The notes under the pieces were generated by a model. The model searched no databases, was not told the origin of the DNA, and worked only from the letters and a program-made list of their open reading frames with translations. A stretch of 64,000 bases of DNA. It comes from a virus. The position numbers were made by a program, and so were the translations under genes. Position 1 is the stretch's first letter. Every line of letters starts with the position of its first letter. This document shows, one piece after another, positions 26,828 to 35,670 of this stretch. The DNA is taken from positions 45,058 to 109,057 of IMG/VR virus record IMGVR_UViG_3300028025_003409. One strand, 5' to 3'.

Positions 26828-27637
26828 TTGAATCTCAGGTCGACTTTGAATAAAGATCTAAACCTAACTAAAGAAGAGTGGCTTGGCTTTGCGGTAAACA
26901 AAAGTATCCTAAAACCATCTAACTCAAATGAATGTGTTATTGGTGGATACATTGAAGACTTTTCTTATGATGATGTAGACATATACGACACCAAGTTCTC
27001 AAGCGTAGATGATGTAGACTATTGGTTTACTATTGGTACGATGCATGGTTGGCTTGGTAAGACTGGTTGTGTTAAACATGAGTTAGATAAGTTTAACTTT
27101 GTTTTTACCCTGCAAGATATAAAGATCCTCTACCCAGATAAACTACCAGAGATTAGAAAAAGAACTCATATACCAGAGAACAAAGACTGGTTTGCATATC
27201 AAGCAAGTGAGCCAGAGATGACAAAAGAACTTCTTGGCAAAGCCTTAGAGTTTTCTTACTGTAACACACTAATAGACATTGGCTGTGGCCTTGGAGAAGT
27301 ACTAAAGATTGGCATAGATGCTGGGTACAAGAATGTAATGGGCCTTGAGATACAAAAAGAATTGGTTGACCTAGCAAGAAATGATGAAAGATTAGAAATA
27401 ATTCATGGATCTGGATCAGATTACATCTTGCCAGACAAACAACTTCATGTGTTTATGTTTAATCCATTTAGTAACAATGTCATGATAGACTTTTTAGATA
27501 ACAATATAGAAAACATTAAGAAAAATAAGTCTTTAGTTATATACAATTATGCATTTTCTGGACACCATTTGATGGTCATGTATGGTCTAAAGATGATATA
27601 TACCAATAACTTTGCAATTATTTATGCTGCAGATTAG
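26828..27637 (+). CDS. class I SAM-dependent methyltransferase
   Basis: IDIGCGLG motif I, acidic GLE, FMFNPF. Confidence 0.75.
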   Translation: MNLRSTLNKDLNLTKEEWLGFAVNKSILKPSNSNECVIGGYIEDFSYDDVDIYDTKFSSVDDVDYWFTIGTMHGWLGKTGCVKHELDKFNFVFTLQDIKILYPDKLPEIRKRTHIPENKDWFAYQASEPEMTKELLGKALEFSYCNTLIDIGCGLGEVLKIGIDAGYKNVMGLEIQKELVDLARNDERLEIIHGSGSDYILPDKQLHVFMFNPFSNNVMIDFLDNNIENIKKNKSLVIYNYAFSGHHLMVMYGLKMIYTNNFAIIYAAD

Positions 27638-28402
27638 ATATGATATAATAAAGTATGGCACAAAAATGTTTCTATTGCGAAAAGACTGCTGAGTATAATG
27701 ACTTGGTTAAAGAAGGTGACAACTATGTCGTTACTGGTGTATGCAAAAAACATTGTAACAATTACCATGAGGCATCTTGAGTCAAAAAAGACATAAAAAG
27801 AATCTTAAGAGAAAATCAAAAAAGCCAAATACATCTAAGTTTGAAAGAAAGATTAAAAGAATCAGGGATAAGATTATTAATGATGCTCTTGTAACTATTC
27901 GAACAAATCTTCCAAGCAATCTGGACAAAAAAATGTTGGAAGACCGTCAGAGTGACGCATTCCTCCGTAATAAGAGTGCCCATCCCAACTCTCTTTTATA
28001 AAATCACTAGTCATATATCCATAAACATATGGCTTTTTGTTATCATGATCACAGTATTCCATTTTTCTCCTAAAATATCTTAGTATACAGTTATATTGTA
28101 TCATATAATGGACTTTACAAAGACTGGGCCTTAGTGTATACTTATAATATGACAAACTTACTACTACTTATACCTGCTTTTATTGCTGGATACCTTGTAT
28201 GCTATTTTATAATGACGCAAGGTGTTGATCAAGAGGATACCAATACATGAGTTTAATGACACAAGAAATAGTTGATAACTTGCCTAGAGAAGTAAAAAAA
28301 GCAGTTATAAAAGAATATCTTCAGACAACATATTATTGGTCTGTTGGTCTTTTTTCTTTTCTTATTGGAGTATTTTCAACATTACTAATTAAATAAATTT
28401 AA

Positions 28403-28476
28403 GCACCAGTAGCCAAGTTGGTTAAGGCCCCGAACTCATAATTCGGTTATCATAGGTTCAAGTCCTATCTGGTGTA
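28403..28476 (+). tRNA. tRNA-Met/Ile2 (CAT)
   Basis: GCACCAG/CTGGTGT acceptor, CCGAA-CTCATAA-TTCGG. Confidence 0.9.
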
Positions 28477-28480
28477 CTAA

Positions 28481-28553
28481 TGGGGATTAACTCAGTTGGT
28501 AGAGTGGCGAACTGTTAATTCGCAAGTCGCAGGATCGAGGCCTGCATCCCCAG
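28481..28553 (+). tRNA. tRNA-Asn (GTT)
   Basis: TGGGGAT/ATCCCCA acceptor, GCGAA-CTGTTAA-TTCGC; atypical T-loop ATCGAGG. Confidence 0.85.
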
Positions 28554-28557
28554 CAAT

Positions 28558-28630
28558 GTCTCCATGGTCTAGTGGCCTAGGACTCCACCCTTTCACGGTG
28601 GCAACACGGGTTCGAATCCCGTTGGAGATA
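28558..28630 (+). tRNA. tRNA-Glu (TTC)
   Basis: GTCTCCA/TGGAGAT acceptor, CCACC-CTTTCAC-GGTGG, TTCGAAT. Confidence 0.92.
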
Positions 28631-28634
28631 CTAA

Positions 28635-28707
28635 ACCTCTGTAGTTCAGTGGACAGAACGATGGACTTCTAAGCCATGCGTCGCAAGTTCGATTCTTGCC
28701 AGGGGTA
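28635..28707 (+). tRNA. tRNA-Arg (TCT)
   Basis: ACCTCTG/CAGGGGT acceptor, CTTCTAA loop, TTCGATT. Confidence 0.9.
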
Positions 28708-28837
28708 CTTTACTTTTTAGGATGTTTTGGTTCGTATGGTTCAATCTTAGATTTAATACGACCATCTTTATATAGTCTTACAATCCAACCATCTTTAATT
28801 TGCATTGGATTAAATGCATGTGCTTTTTTCTTTGGCA

Positions 28838-29524
28838 TTATAATGTGTGTCTTTCTGTTTGATTTCTTGTATAATCTTTTCCAAAGTCAGCAAACAAGGC
28901 TTTATCTTTTTCACGATTAACAATCCCTCTTGACCAAGAAAACCCTGCATCTCCACCCCACGCTAACCACATAATGTAGCCATTAGATGGGTTTGCTGAG
29001 TTGCCCCAGTCCTTACCCTTCTTATCTACTTCATGGCGTGAGAAATATGAGTACATTCTCTTGACAGTACTAAGAGAGATTGTTTCTCCTCTTGCTAACT
29101 GCCCTGCACGAGTCCAACCTACAGATGTTCCAGCACCATTAGCCTTACCATCTTCCTTAAACTTAATTGCTCTGCGAGCAGCAGATCGTGCTCCAGCAGG
29201 TGGTGAGTATCCATCAGCCTTTGAAACCGTGTCTGTATCATACTCAACAGTATCATCATCTTCAAATAGATCATCTGCTTTTGCAGCAGGAACACAATTA
29301 GGAACTGGTTTTCCATTATCTCCTGGCTTCATGCCACGCTGTACATAACCTTCCCAGCATGGATCAGCCTTTCCAATTGATGAGTCATACATGGCCATAG
29401 AAACCTCTGAATCGGTGTTTGGAGAGCATACAGGACAGTCTGGGCAGTCTACATTAAGTTCTTTGCAAGTCTCACATTCGCAACCCTGATATGTGCTTGT
29501 AGGCATCATTGAATCATCTATCAT
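28838..29524 (-). CDS. multi-motif phage protein, possibly head-associated
   Basis: Cys-rich N-terminus, PCWEGYVQRGMK...VPNCVP motif, VKRMYSYFSRH...WLAWGGDAG domain. Confidence 0.6.
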   Translation of the reverse strand: MIDDSMMPTSTYQGCECETCKELNVDCPDCPVCSPNTDSEVSMAMYDSSIGKADPCWEGYVQRGMKPGDNGKPVPNCVPAAKADDLFEDDDTVEYDTDTVSKADGYSPPAGARSAARRAIKFKEDGKANGAGTSVGWTRAGQLARGETISLSTVKRMYSYFSRHEVDKKGKDWGNSANPSNGYIMWLAWGGDAGFSWSRGIVNREKDKALFADFGKDYTRNQTERHTL

Positions 29525-29544
29525 TAGATTAGTATACCATATAC

Positions 29545-30129
29545 TTAAAAATCAACTGGCTCCAGCATAGACTCATCAACATCACAGACTAAATTAATAA
29601 CAATAGAAAACCTAAAATCTGCTTCATTTGGAAACTCCCAGTTATGGAAAATATCACCATCAAAAAATAAGGCATACCCAGCCTTTGGGGTAAATGACTT
29701 ATATAATTCTAGGCTATCCCCATCTACATGTTCTCCAGTATACTTCTTGCTATAAAAATTTGTGCTTCCATCGGCATCGTTAGCATAATAAACAAGGTTA
29801 TAGTTTTTAACAACTCTTCTTAGATCTACATGGGGTTCCATTGGCCTTGGATCATTTGTCTTGCAGGTTAAGTTTGCCCTGCCTCTCAAAATCTTGTGAA
29901 CAGTCACATTGTTTTTAGCAGCAAACCTTTCTATAATATAGTCCACAATATCTTTATCCAAAGGCTCATTAACTAAGATTCCCTTGTCAGAATACTTACT
30001 TCCAGTCAAGCCAACAATTCCATCTTTTGCAGCGTTAGGACGCACAAAAAGATATGGTAAACCCTGTATCTTATTTTTTAAGTAAACAACTTCTTCTGGT
30101 GTTAAAAAATTATTGGTATATTTATACAT
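29545..30129 (-). CDS. 2OG-Fe(II) oxygenase
   Basis: PHVD...VYYANDADGST...FDGDIFH...R. Confidence 0.8.
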   Translation of the reverse strand: MYKYTNNFLTPEEVVYLKNKIQGLPYLFVRPNAAKDGIVGLTGSKYSDKGILVNEPLDKDIVDYIIERFAAKNNVTVHKILRGRANLTCKTNDPRPMEPHVDLRRVVKNYNLVYYANDADGSTNFYSKKYTGEHVDGDSLELYKSFTPKAGYALFFDGDIFHNWEFPNEADFRFSIVINLVCDVDESMLEPVDF

Positions 30130-30140
30130 ACTTTATTATA

Positions 30141-30413
30141 TCATGACTGACCATTAAGCCTATTGTGAGTTCTAATCCTATGACAGTTAGCACACACTAC
30201 TTCACATTTTTCGATCTCTTTCTTTATAGACTTCCAAGAAAAACCATCATGAATCATTCTTGACACATTATATTTCTTATCTCTTATATGGTCAAAATCT
30301 AAGATAATATGATTATTGATTCCACAATCTACACAGCCAGAATCTTCTTTTATCTTAGCAAGTTTTCTTTTATACTCTTGCTTATTATAGATATCTAACT
30401 CTTTGTCAGTCAT
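30141..30413 (-). CDS. HNH endonuclease
   Basis: CVDCG...LDFDH...CEVVCANCHRIRT; probable leaderless start 30413. Confidence 0.85.
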   Translation of the reverse strand: MTDKELDIYNKQEYKRKLAKIKEDSGCVDCGINNHIILDFDHIRDKKYNVSRMIHDGFSWKSIKKEIEKCEVVCANCHRIRTHNRLNGQS

Positions 30414-30441
30414 TGCTTCTATTATACCCTGCAATATTAGG

Positions 30442-30525
30442 GCCCCACACAGGCAATTCACCTGACTTGCGCCACGGTCTCTATCCAATGGGTAACTAAT
30501 CCATCACTAAGGTCCTGTGTGGGAC
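30442..30525 (-). ncRNA. candidate 84-nt structured small RNA
   Basis: 12-bp closing stem GUCCCACACAGG/CCUGUGUGGGGC, two internal hairpins (one GCAA tetraloop), TGCTACAAT 6 nt upstream. Confidence 0.65.
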
Positions 30526-30547
30526 AATTATATTGTAGCATAGGAAA

Positions 30548-30653
30548 TGAGCAGTTTATAGACTTGCTCAGGTCCCCCAAGTTGCGATCTTGGGCTTATC
30601 CGTACTCAGCAATAGGGTTGCTAAAAGCAACTGCATGTATCATGACGGAATAG
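30548..30653 (-). ncRNA. candidate structured RNA ending in pseudoknot copy 6
   Basis: TATAAT next to the hsp20 stop; UCCGU/ACGGA, GUUGCU/AGCAAC, CCCAAG/CUUGGG, then GAC/GUC + UGAGCA/UGCUCA. Confidence 0.55.
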
Positions 30654-30664
30654 TATCTATTATA

Positions 30665-31081
30665 CTACTTAATTTTAATAGATTTAGGCTTCTTTTCTTC
30701 AGGAACAATACGAACTACATGAACATGTAACATGCCGTCCTTCAGTTCTGCAGATGTTACTTCCATATATTCTCCAAGGGCAAAAGATCTTACGAACTTT
30801 CTTCCTGCAATACCCTTGTGGACTACCTCTGCATCTGTTACTTCTACAATTTCACCCTTGATAATAAGCGTTCCATTGTCTACTGATACATCAATGTCTT
30901 CCTTAGAAAATCCAGCAATAGCCAGAGAAATCTGATATGTATCTTCATCTAGTTTAAGAAGATCGTACGGAGGATATGACTGTGAGTTTGTTTTATATGC
31001 TGTGTTTAATCGGCCTAACTCTCTGTTAAAGCCAATAAAAAAGGGATCATTGAATAGATCCATAGTTAGTTTGTTTACCAT
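30665..31081 (-). CDS. small heat shock protein (Hsp20/IbpA-like)
   Basis: SYPPYD...LAIAGF...HKGIAGRKFVRSF...LKDGML. Confidence 0.92.
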   Translation of the reverse strand: MVNKLTMDLFNDPFFIGFNRELGRLNTAYKTNSQSYPPYDLLKLDEDTYQISLAIAGFSKEDIDVSVDNGTLIIKGEIVEVTDAEVVHKGIAGRKFVRSFALGEYMEVTSAELKDGMLHVHVVRIVPEEKKPKSIKIK

Positions 31082-31170
31082 TTTATTCCCCTTTCAAGCG
31101 AATAAGTTAATTTACCCCCCATTTGGGCAGGTATATATATTATATCATAGGTTGTGATACAATGTAAAGT

Positions 31171-31854
31171 ATGCACTCAAAAGACATACTATTAAATGGA
31201 ATGTTTAGATCTGCCAATACATATCTGGCGTTTGCCTTTCTTGAAGCAGTCGAAAATAACATTTCTGATGAATTTGACTTTAATACAAAATGGAATCTTC
31301 AGAACCACACTCATAGTTCTGCACTACTTAAACTAAAAGATCCAGACAATGAAACAGTACATTTTGTAATATTTAGGAACCCAGAACAACTTATTCCTAG
31401 TTTTTTTATGTTTCACTATTCTAGTGAAGAAATTAAAAATCTTAGTGACCACGAGTTAGAATCAAAAATAAGAAATGCGTGTGCCGAATATCACAAGTAT
31501 TTAAAAAATCAAATAAAGTATGGCTATGCAGAGGTTATTTTATTTGATGATATCATTAATAATATAGACAGTGTGCTTGAAAGAATACTAAAGGCTATAG
31601 ACTTAGAGTATGTAAATAAAATAGACACAAAAAAAGTAAAAGCAAATCTTTTAAAAATAGATGAACAAAGATATAGAGATCCAGAAAATTTTTATAGAAA
31701 CTATCATTTACCAAGAGAAGAAAAGTATCCAGAATTAAAAAATAGAGTACTAACGAAATTTAAAAAAATGCCAGAGTTTTACCTTCTTATGAATGAATAT
31801 AAAGAAATAGAAAAGGGAGCCAAAAAATTGACCCCCTTAACTATATCTAACTGA
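31171..31854 (+). CDS. sulfotransferase-like protein
   Basis: GMFRSANTYL (5'-PSB-like) and IFRNP (3'-PB-like) motifs. Confidence 0.55.
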   Translation: MHSKDILLNGMFRSANTYLAFAFLEAVENNISDEFDFNTKWNLQNHTHSSALLKLKDPDNETVHFVIFRNPEQLIPSFFMFHYSSEEIKNLSDHELESKIRNACAEYHKYLKNQIKYGYAEVILFDDIINNIDSVLERILKAIDLEYVNKIDTKKVKANLLKIDEQRYRDPENFYRNYHLPREEKYPELKNRVLTKFKKMPEFYLLMNEYKEIEKGAKKLTPLTISN

Positions 31855-32160
31855 TTACTCTGGTCTTGCTGCGCCTCTTGGGACTTTTCTTGCTGCTGCT
31901 TTCTTAGCAGGAGCCTTCTTTGCAGCCTTGTTAACCACCTTAGCGGTCTTAAGTGCTACATCAACCTCATCTACTGAAGGCATCTTTCCAAACGCCTTGT
32001 CATTAGGGTTGGCTGCTCTCAATGCTACGGGGATTAATGCTCCAAGTAGTGAGTACGCTAGTGTCTTTGGATCAGTTACACCAGATGCATACATTGCTGT
32101 TGCTGCTCCAAGTACTGATCGTCCATATGACGCTAGTGCTGCTTTAATTTGTTCATTCAT
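31855..32160 (-). CDS. holin-like membrane protein with Lys/Ala-rich tail
   Basis: AGGAGG RBS; SYGRSVLGAA...ALRAANPND; AAKKAPAKKAA. Confidence 0.55.
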   Translation of the reverse strand: MNEQIKAALASYGRSVLGAATAMYASGVTDPKTLAYSLLGALIPVALRAANPNDKAFGKMPSVDEVDVALKTAKVVNKAAKKAPAKKAAARKVPRGAARPE

Positions 32161-32171
32161 TTTTATTCCTC

Positions 32172-32330
32172 CTAGGATATAAATCGTGTTAGTATTGTGA
32201 AACCAATCCATAGACCAATAATTCCTGCGACTCCCGCAAAAACTGGTGGTGCTGGTACTGGTAATTTGAATGCAGCAAACACGATGCCACACCCAAAACC
32301 TGTTAGTGTTGATAAAAGAACATCTTTCAT
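32172..32330 (-). CDS. XapX (DUF1427)-like small membrane protein
   Basis: G..CGIVFAAFKLPVPAPPVFAGVAGIIGLWIG. Confidence 0.7.
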   Translation of the reverse strand: MKDVLLSTLTGFGCGIVFAAFKLPVPAPPVFAGVAGIIGLWIGFTILTRFIS

Positions 32331-32728
32331 TTTTCTTCCTCTGGTAACATTAGTATAAGTTTATCATATGCATTAGTTATTCTTTGAATTAGTCCATCTG
32401 TTGGTAGATCCATTACGCTGCCAAACTCCCTGAAGTACTCTATTTCAGGCCCTGCAGCCTCTTTAAACTCCTGAATAGCCACTTGAACATCATCTATATA
32501 GTCAAATGCCCATTCTCTAGACTCAGAAATAAATTTCATAAATCCTTCTGTATTCTCTATTGGCTTTATCTCATTGCTTAAAGCCTTTTTGACACCCTGC
32601 TCTAGTAGGGCAGCCCTAAGAGAAAACTCTGCAAGATCATTCCTCAATGTTATTAGTCTTGCTCCTAGAACGGCAGATAGCAAAACAAAAAAAATAATAA
32701 TTGATATTAATATTAAATTTAATATCAT
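32327..32728 (-). CDS. membrane-anchored hypothetical protein
   Basis: N-terminal TM; ESREWAFDYI. Confidence 0.65.
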   Translation of the reverse strand: MILNLILISIIIFFVLLSAVLGARLITLRNDLAEFSLRAALLEQGVKKALSNEIKPIENTEGFMKFISESREWAFDYIDDVQVAIQEFKEAAGPEIEYFREFGSVMDLPTDGLIQRITNAYDKLILMLPEEEK

Positions 32729-32964
32729 TCCTTACCACCTTCCCTAACTAATAAAACAATTGCCCCAGTATCTTCTAAGGCTTTCTTGGCTCTGACCATA
32801 TACTCAACTGCACGAACCTTGTCTTCTCCAGTAAGCAACATAAAATCTTTTTCACTCGCTCTTAATGTTAAAAAGTGATCGTTGTCAATGACATCTAGTT
32901 TAAAGTTAGCAGGAGAAAAATGAGATACGGACTTAAAGGCTCTTCTATTTTGATCTGTATACAT
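32725..32964 (-). CDS. hypothetical protein
   Basis: operonic. Confidence 0.6.
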   Translation of the reverse strand: MYTDQNRRAFKSVSHFSPANFKLDVIDNDHFLTLRASEKDFMLLTGEDKVRAVEYMVRAKKALEDTGAIVLLVREGGKE

Positions 32965-33246
32965 CTAGTTCTCCATAGTCAAATACTTCCATGTATTTGC
33001 CCAATCATTTCTATTCTTATGCTTACTGAATTCTTTGGAGAGTTCTCCATTTTCTAAATAGATTCCTCCCCAAATTCCCCACTCTTTTTGAGATACCCCA
33101 ACTGCAAAACAAGTTTTGGAGACTGGACATTGAGAACAGAGTTTGTCAATCGCTGGCCTTAGTAACTCATCTTCCTCATACTTGTCAAAGAATAGGTTAG
33201 TATCATATTCTAAGCAAGCAGCATCATCTTTCCAGTCATTCTTCAT
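32965..33246 (-). CDS. whiB: WhiB family Fe-S transcription factor
   Basis: W..AAC...LFF...CxxCPV...C...GIWGG; basic C-terminal helix appears divergent. Confidence 0.9.
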   Translation of the reverse strand: MKNDWKDDAACLEYDTNLFFDKYEEDELLRPAIDKLCSQCPVSKTCFAVGVSQKEWGIWGGIYLENGELSKEFSKHKNRNDWANTWKYLTMEN

Positions 33247-33249
33247 GTT

Positions 33250-33459
33250 TTATTTTGTAAACCTATCTGGTATATTCCAACCATCTCTTGTTGGAGCAAA
33301 CTGCTTTTGCAAATACCACTTGCCATTTACATATACTCCATGCTTTGATGTTTGTGCTAAGTCAGATCTAGTCAAATGTGTAACTGTCCAACCAGACCAA
33401 ACCAAATCTTTGTTTGATGATACAATCTTTTCCATTTTTTCTAATGTTTTTACAATCAT
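33250..33459 (-). CDS. hypothetical protein
   Basis: AGGAG RBS. Confidence 0.6.
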   Translation of the reverse strand: MIVKTLEKMEKIVSSNKDLVWSGWTVTHLTRSDLAQTSKHGVYVNGKWYLQKQFAPTRDGWNIPDRFTK

Positions 33460-33468
33460 TTTATCTCC

Positions 33469-33819
33469 TTAGTATTTAAAAATTCCGACTTCGATGTTAT
33501 TTGTTTTTGCAATTTCAACCAGTTTTGATGGTTGCTCACTTGCAGATGTAAAGTATGCAATGTAATTAAAATCATTGATATTATCGCTAATCCATGATGG
33601 TGCTACCTTGTAAACTTTTATTTTTTTACCACGAGATTTTAGTCCACGCTCTGACAGGTTTACAAATTCAGAAACCATATCATTTACATTTCCTGGTCCT
33701 GCAGAGTAAATATCAAAGTTTAAGTCTGCTGGATTAATCATAGACATTGCTACAGCCATGCCACGCAACAGAACATTGTAGTCTTTAAAACTATTAGTCC
33801 CCTGAATCCCCACTATCAT
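33469..33819 (-). CDS. SLOG/YspA-like fold protein
   Basis: IVGIQGTNSFKDY N-terminus. Confidence 0.45.
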   Translation of the reverse strand: MIVGIQGTNSFKDYNVLLRGMAVAMSMINPADLNFDIYSAGPGNVNDMVSEFVNLSERGLKSRGKKIKVYKVAPSWISDNINDFNYIAYFTSASEQPSKLVEIAKTNNIEVGIFKY

Positions 33820-34216
33820 TTGATAGCCCCTCTCTTAGTTTGTCCATTATAAACAGCATCTTATCTAATTGTACCTTATCCATGCCTATTGTGTCAACTA
33901 CTCTTGATCCTTCTTTGTTAATCCCCTGATCATTTATTTCTGCCTCATAGAATTTGTTATCTTTGATCCAGTATGCCATTCCGTCTAGAACAATAACACG
34001 AACATTTGTCTTTTTTTCATACTCATAGGACTGTGTTTTTTTATTCTCTACCCTGAATATTTCTTCTGGAAGCAAAGGCTTTATCATTTCGTGTAGTGCG
34101 CTTTGTGTAAAGTTATATCTTTTTGGTTCTTCTGAAATATTAAAAAGTCTTTCAAAATATTTCATGGCAAAATAAAGTATTACTGTGGCTGTGACAGCAC
34201 CAATAAGAAAATCCAT
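33794..34216 (-). CDS. membrane-anchored hypothetical protein
   Basis: N-terminal TM; AGGAG RBS. Confidence 0.6.
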   Translation of the reverse strand: MDFLIGAVTATVILYFAMKYFERLFNISEEPKRYNFTQSALHEMIKPLLPEEIFRVENKKTQSYEYEKKTNVRVIVLDGMAYWIKDNKFYEAEINDQGINKEGSRVVDTIGMDKVQLDKMLFIMDKLREGLSNDSGDSGD

Positions 34217-34218
34217 AT

Positions 34219-34551
34219 CTATCTCCTATGGTTTAGCATAACTCTAATTATTTCTTTTAGAGTATACTGTTTTTGTTTATCTAGTTTCATTACTTCTTTT
34301 TCATCTAATGCCTTCTTTGTTAAAGAAACCATAGGATTTTTTTCTGTAACATCCATTTCAATAAAACCATTTTCCCAAAGACCAGATATTTCTGTTGAGA
34401 AATATGTAGAAAATTCATTGTGAAGTTTAGGATTAATATCTTTTAGTTTGTCTGTAAAGTTATACAGCATTTCTCCAGTGTCAATGTCTACACCAGCAAC
34501 TTCTAGTGCACCACTTAAAATTAAATCCTCAAAGATTCTATCTTCATCCAT
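34219..34551 (-). CDS. hypothetical protein (winged-helix-like)
   Basis: similar to neighbor 34544-34813 (GEMLY..TDKL..INP). Confidence 0.6.
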   Translation of the reverse strand: MDEDRIFEDLILSGALEVAGVDIDTGEMLYNFTDKLKDINPKLHNEFSTYFSTEISGLWENGFIEMDVTEKNPMVSLTKKALDEKEVMKLDKQKQYTLKEIIRVMLNHRR

Positions 34552-34813
34552 TTAGTTTCCAAACCATAGTCATTGGACCTTTATCTATTAGCCTAAACAT
34601 GTGATCATTGTATTGATTGACTAACTTTTTATATATATCTGGATTAACTTCTCTGAGTTTATCAGTTATCTTATAAAGCATTTGCCCATCCTCATCAATA
34701 CTATGAATCTTAATTGCGCCTTGGTCTACTAAGTGATCAACCATTGCACTTGTTCTTGGATTCATTTTACTCTCCCAAAAATTCCAAGAACTGATCTCTT
34801 GTTTTTGTTCCAT
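34544..34813 (-). CDS. hypothetical protein, paralog of 34219-34551 (start likely near 34765)
   Basis: GQMLYKITDKLREVNP. Confidence 0.55.
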   Translation of the reverse strand: MEQKQEISSWNFWESKMNPRTSAMVDHLVDQGAIKIHSIDEDGQMLYKITDKLREVNPDIYKKLVNQYNDHMFRLIDKGPMTMVWKLNG

Positions 34814-35018
34814 TCATACGGGATACTTCTCTTCCATCTTCAATAAGTATATATGTTGGAACTGATTTAATTCCAAACTTTTCTAAAAGATCTAACTCTG
34901 TATCTGCATCAATAAATAAAAAATCTATTAATCCTTCTCGCTTTAGTTCTTCAGCAACAGGCCTAGTTCTCTGACATGGGTTGCACCAATCAGCAGTAAA
35001 GTAAAGGACATGTCTCAT
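34767..35018 (-). CDS. thioredoxin
   Basis: FTADWCNPC, GIKSVPT. Confidence 0.9.
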   Translation of the reverse strand: MRHVLYFTADWCNPCQRTRPVAEELKREGLIDFLFIDADTELDLLEKFGIKSVPTYILIEDGREVSRMNGTKTRDQFLEFLGE

Positions 35019-35422
35019 TTTCCAGACTTCTTTCTAGCCTTTGCAAGCGCTCCAAAATCCTTAACCTTAGTATCTCCAAGATATCCCCATGCATAACCAT
35101 CATTAATCATCATATCGTTAAGAGATATGGTGTTACCATCTACATATACCCAGCCTAAAATGCGACCATACTTTTCAGATGAATCCATTTTCTCAGTCTT
35201 GATCACAACAGACTTAGCATCCTTAAGAGACTTCTTTAAATACTCCTTAGCCTCTAGACCTAGAGCCTTCTCAGCAAGGTCCTTTGTGCGTGACTCAGGA
35301 GTGTCAATACCAGCCAGTCTAACACGGGATGCAAACAGGATATCAAACCCTAAATCAATAAGAACATCGATGGTATCTCCATCTACAACATTCTCTACTT
35401 TTCTTACATAGTATTCATACAT
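35015..35422 (-). CDS. thermonuclease (SNase-like)
   Basis: VVDGDTI, RVRLAGIDTPES, KYGRILG. Confidence 0.9.
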   Translation of the reverse strand: MYEYYVRKVENVVDGDTIDVLIDLGFDILFASRVRLAGIDTPESRTKDLAEKALGLEAKEYLKKSLKDAKSVVIKTEKMDSSEKYGRILGWVYVDGNTISLNDMMINDGYAWGYLGDTKVKDFGALAKARKKSGK

Positions 35423-35634
35423 TACTTTCTCCCCCATTTTATTTTATTCCAACCACGCTCATGGAAGTAATAAAGAATTGTTTTTGTAAATACCTCAAAA
35501 CTTGCAATAGCACCTGCTGTTACTGGCTCTTTGGTTATGGCCCAAGATATAACAAAGGTATCTGCTGTTCCAATGACACGCCATGTAATTGCTTTTAGTG
35601 CTGATCTTTGTTTGGTTACATTCATGACGGCCAC
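35422..35634 (-). CDS. DUF2061 membrane protein
   Basis: RSALKAITWR...YYFHERGW. Confidence 0.8.
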   Translation of the reverse strand: MAVMNVTKQRSALKAITWRVIGTADTFVISWAITKEPVTAGAIASFEVFTKTILYYFHERGWNKIKWGRK

Positions 35635-35670
35635 TCAATATTGTTTGGCTTAGTTATAAAGTTCCACACC

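Noticed and set aside
30414-30488. N-terminal extension of the HNH gene given by the ORF track
   Set aside because: Overlaps the structured RNA and a -10 element; leaderless ATG at 30413 fits better
12783-30575. CTGAG...AAAC elements as hammerhead ribozymes
   Set aside because: Core is CUGAGCA, not CUGANGA; there is no GAAA plus third stem, and the pairing is pseudoknotted
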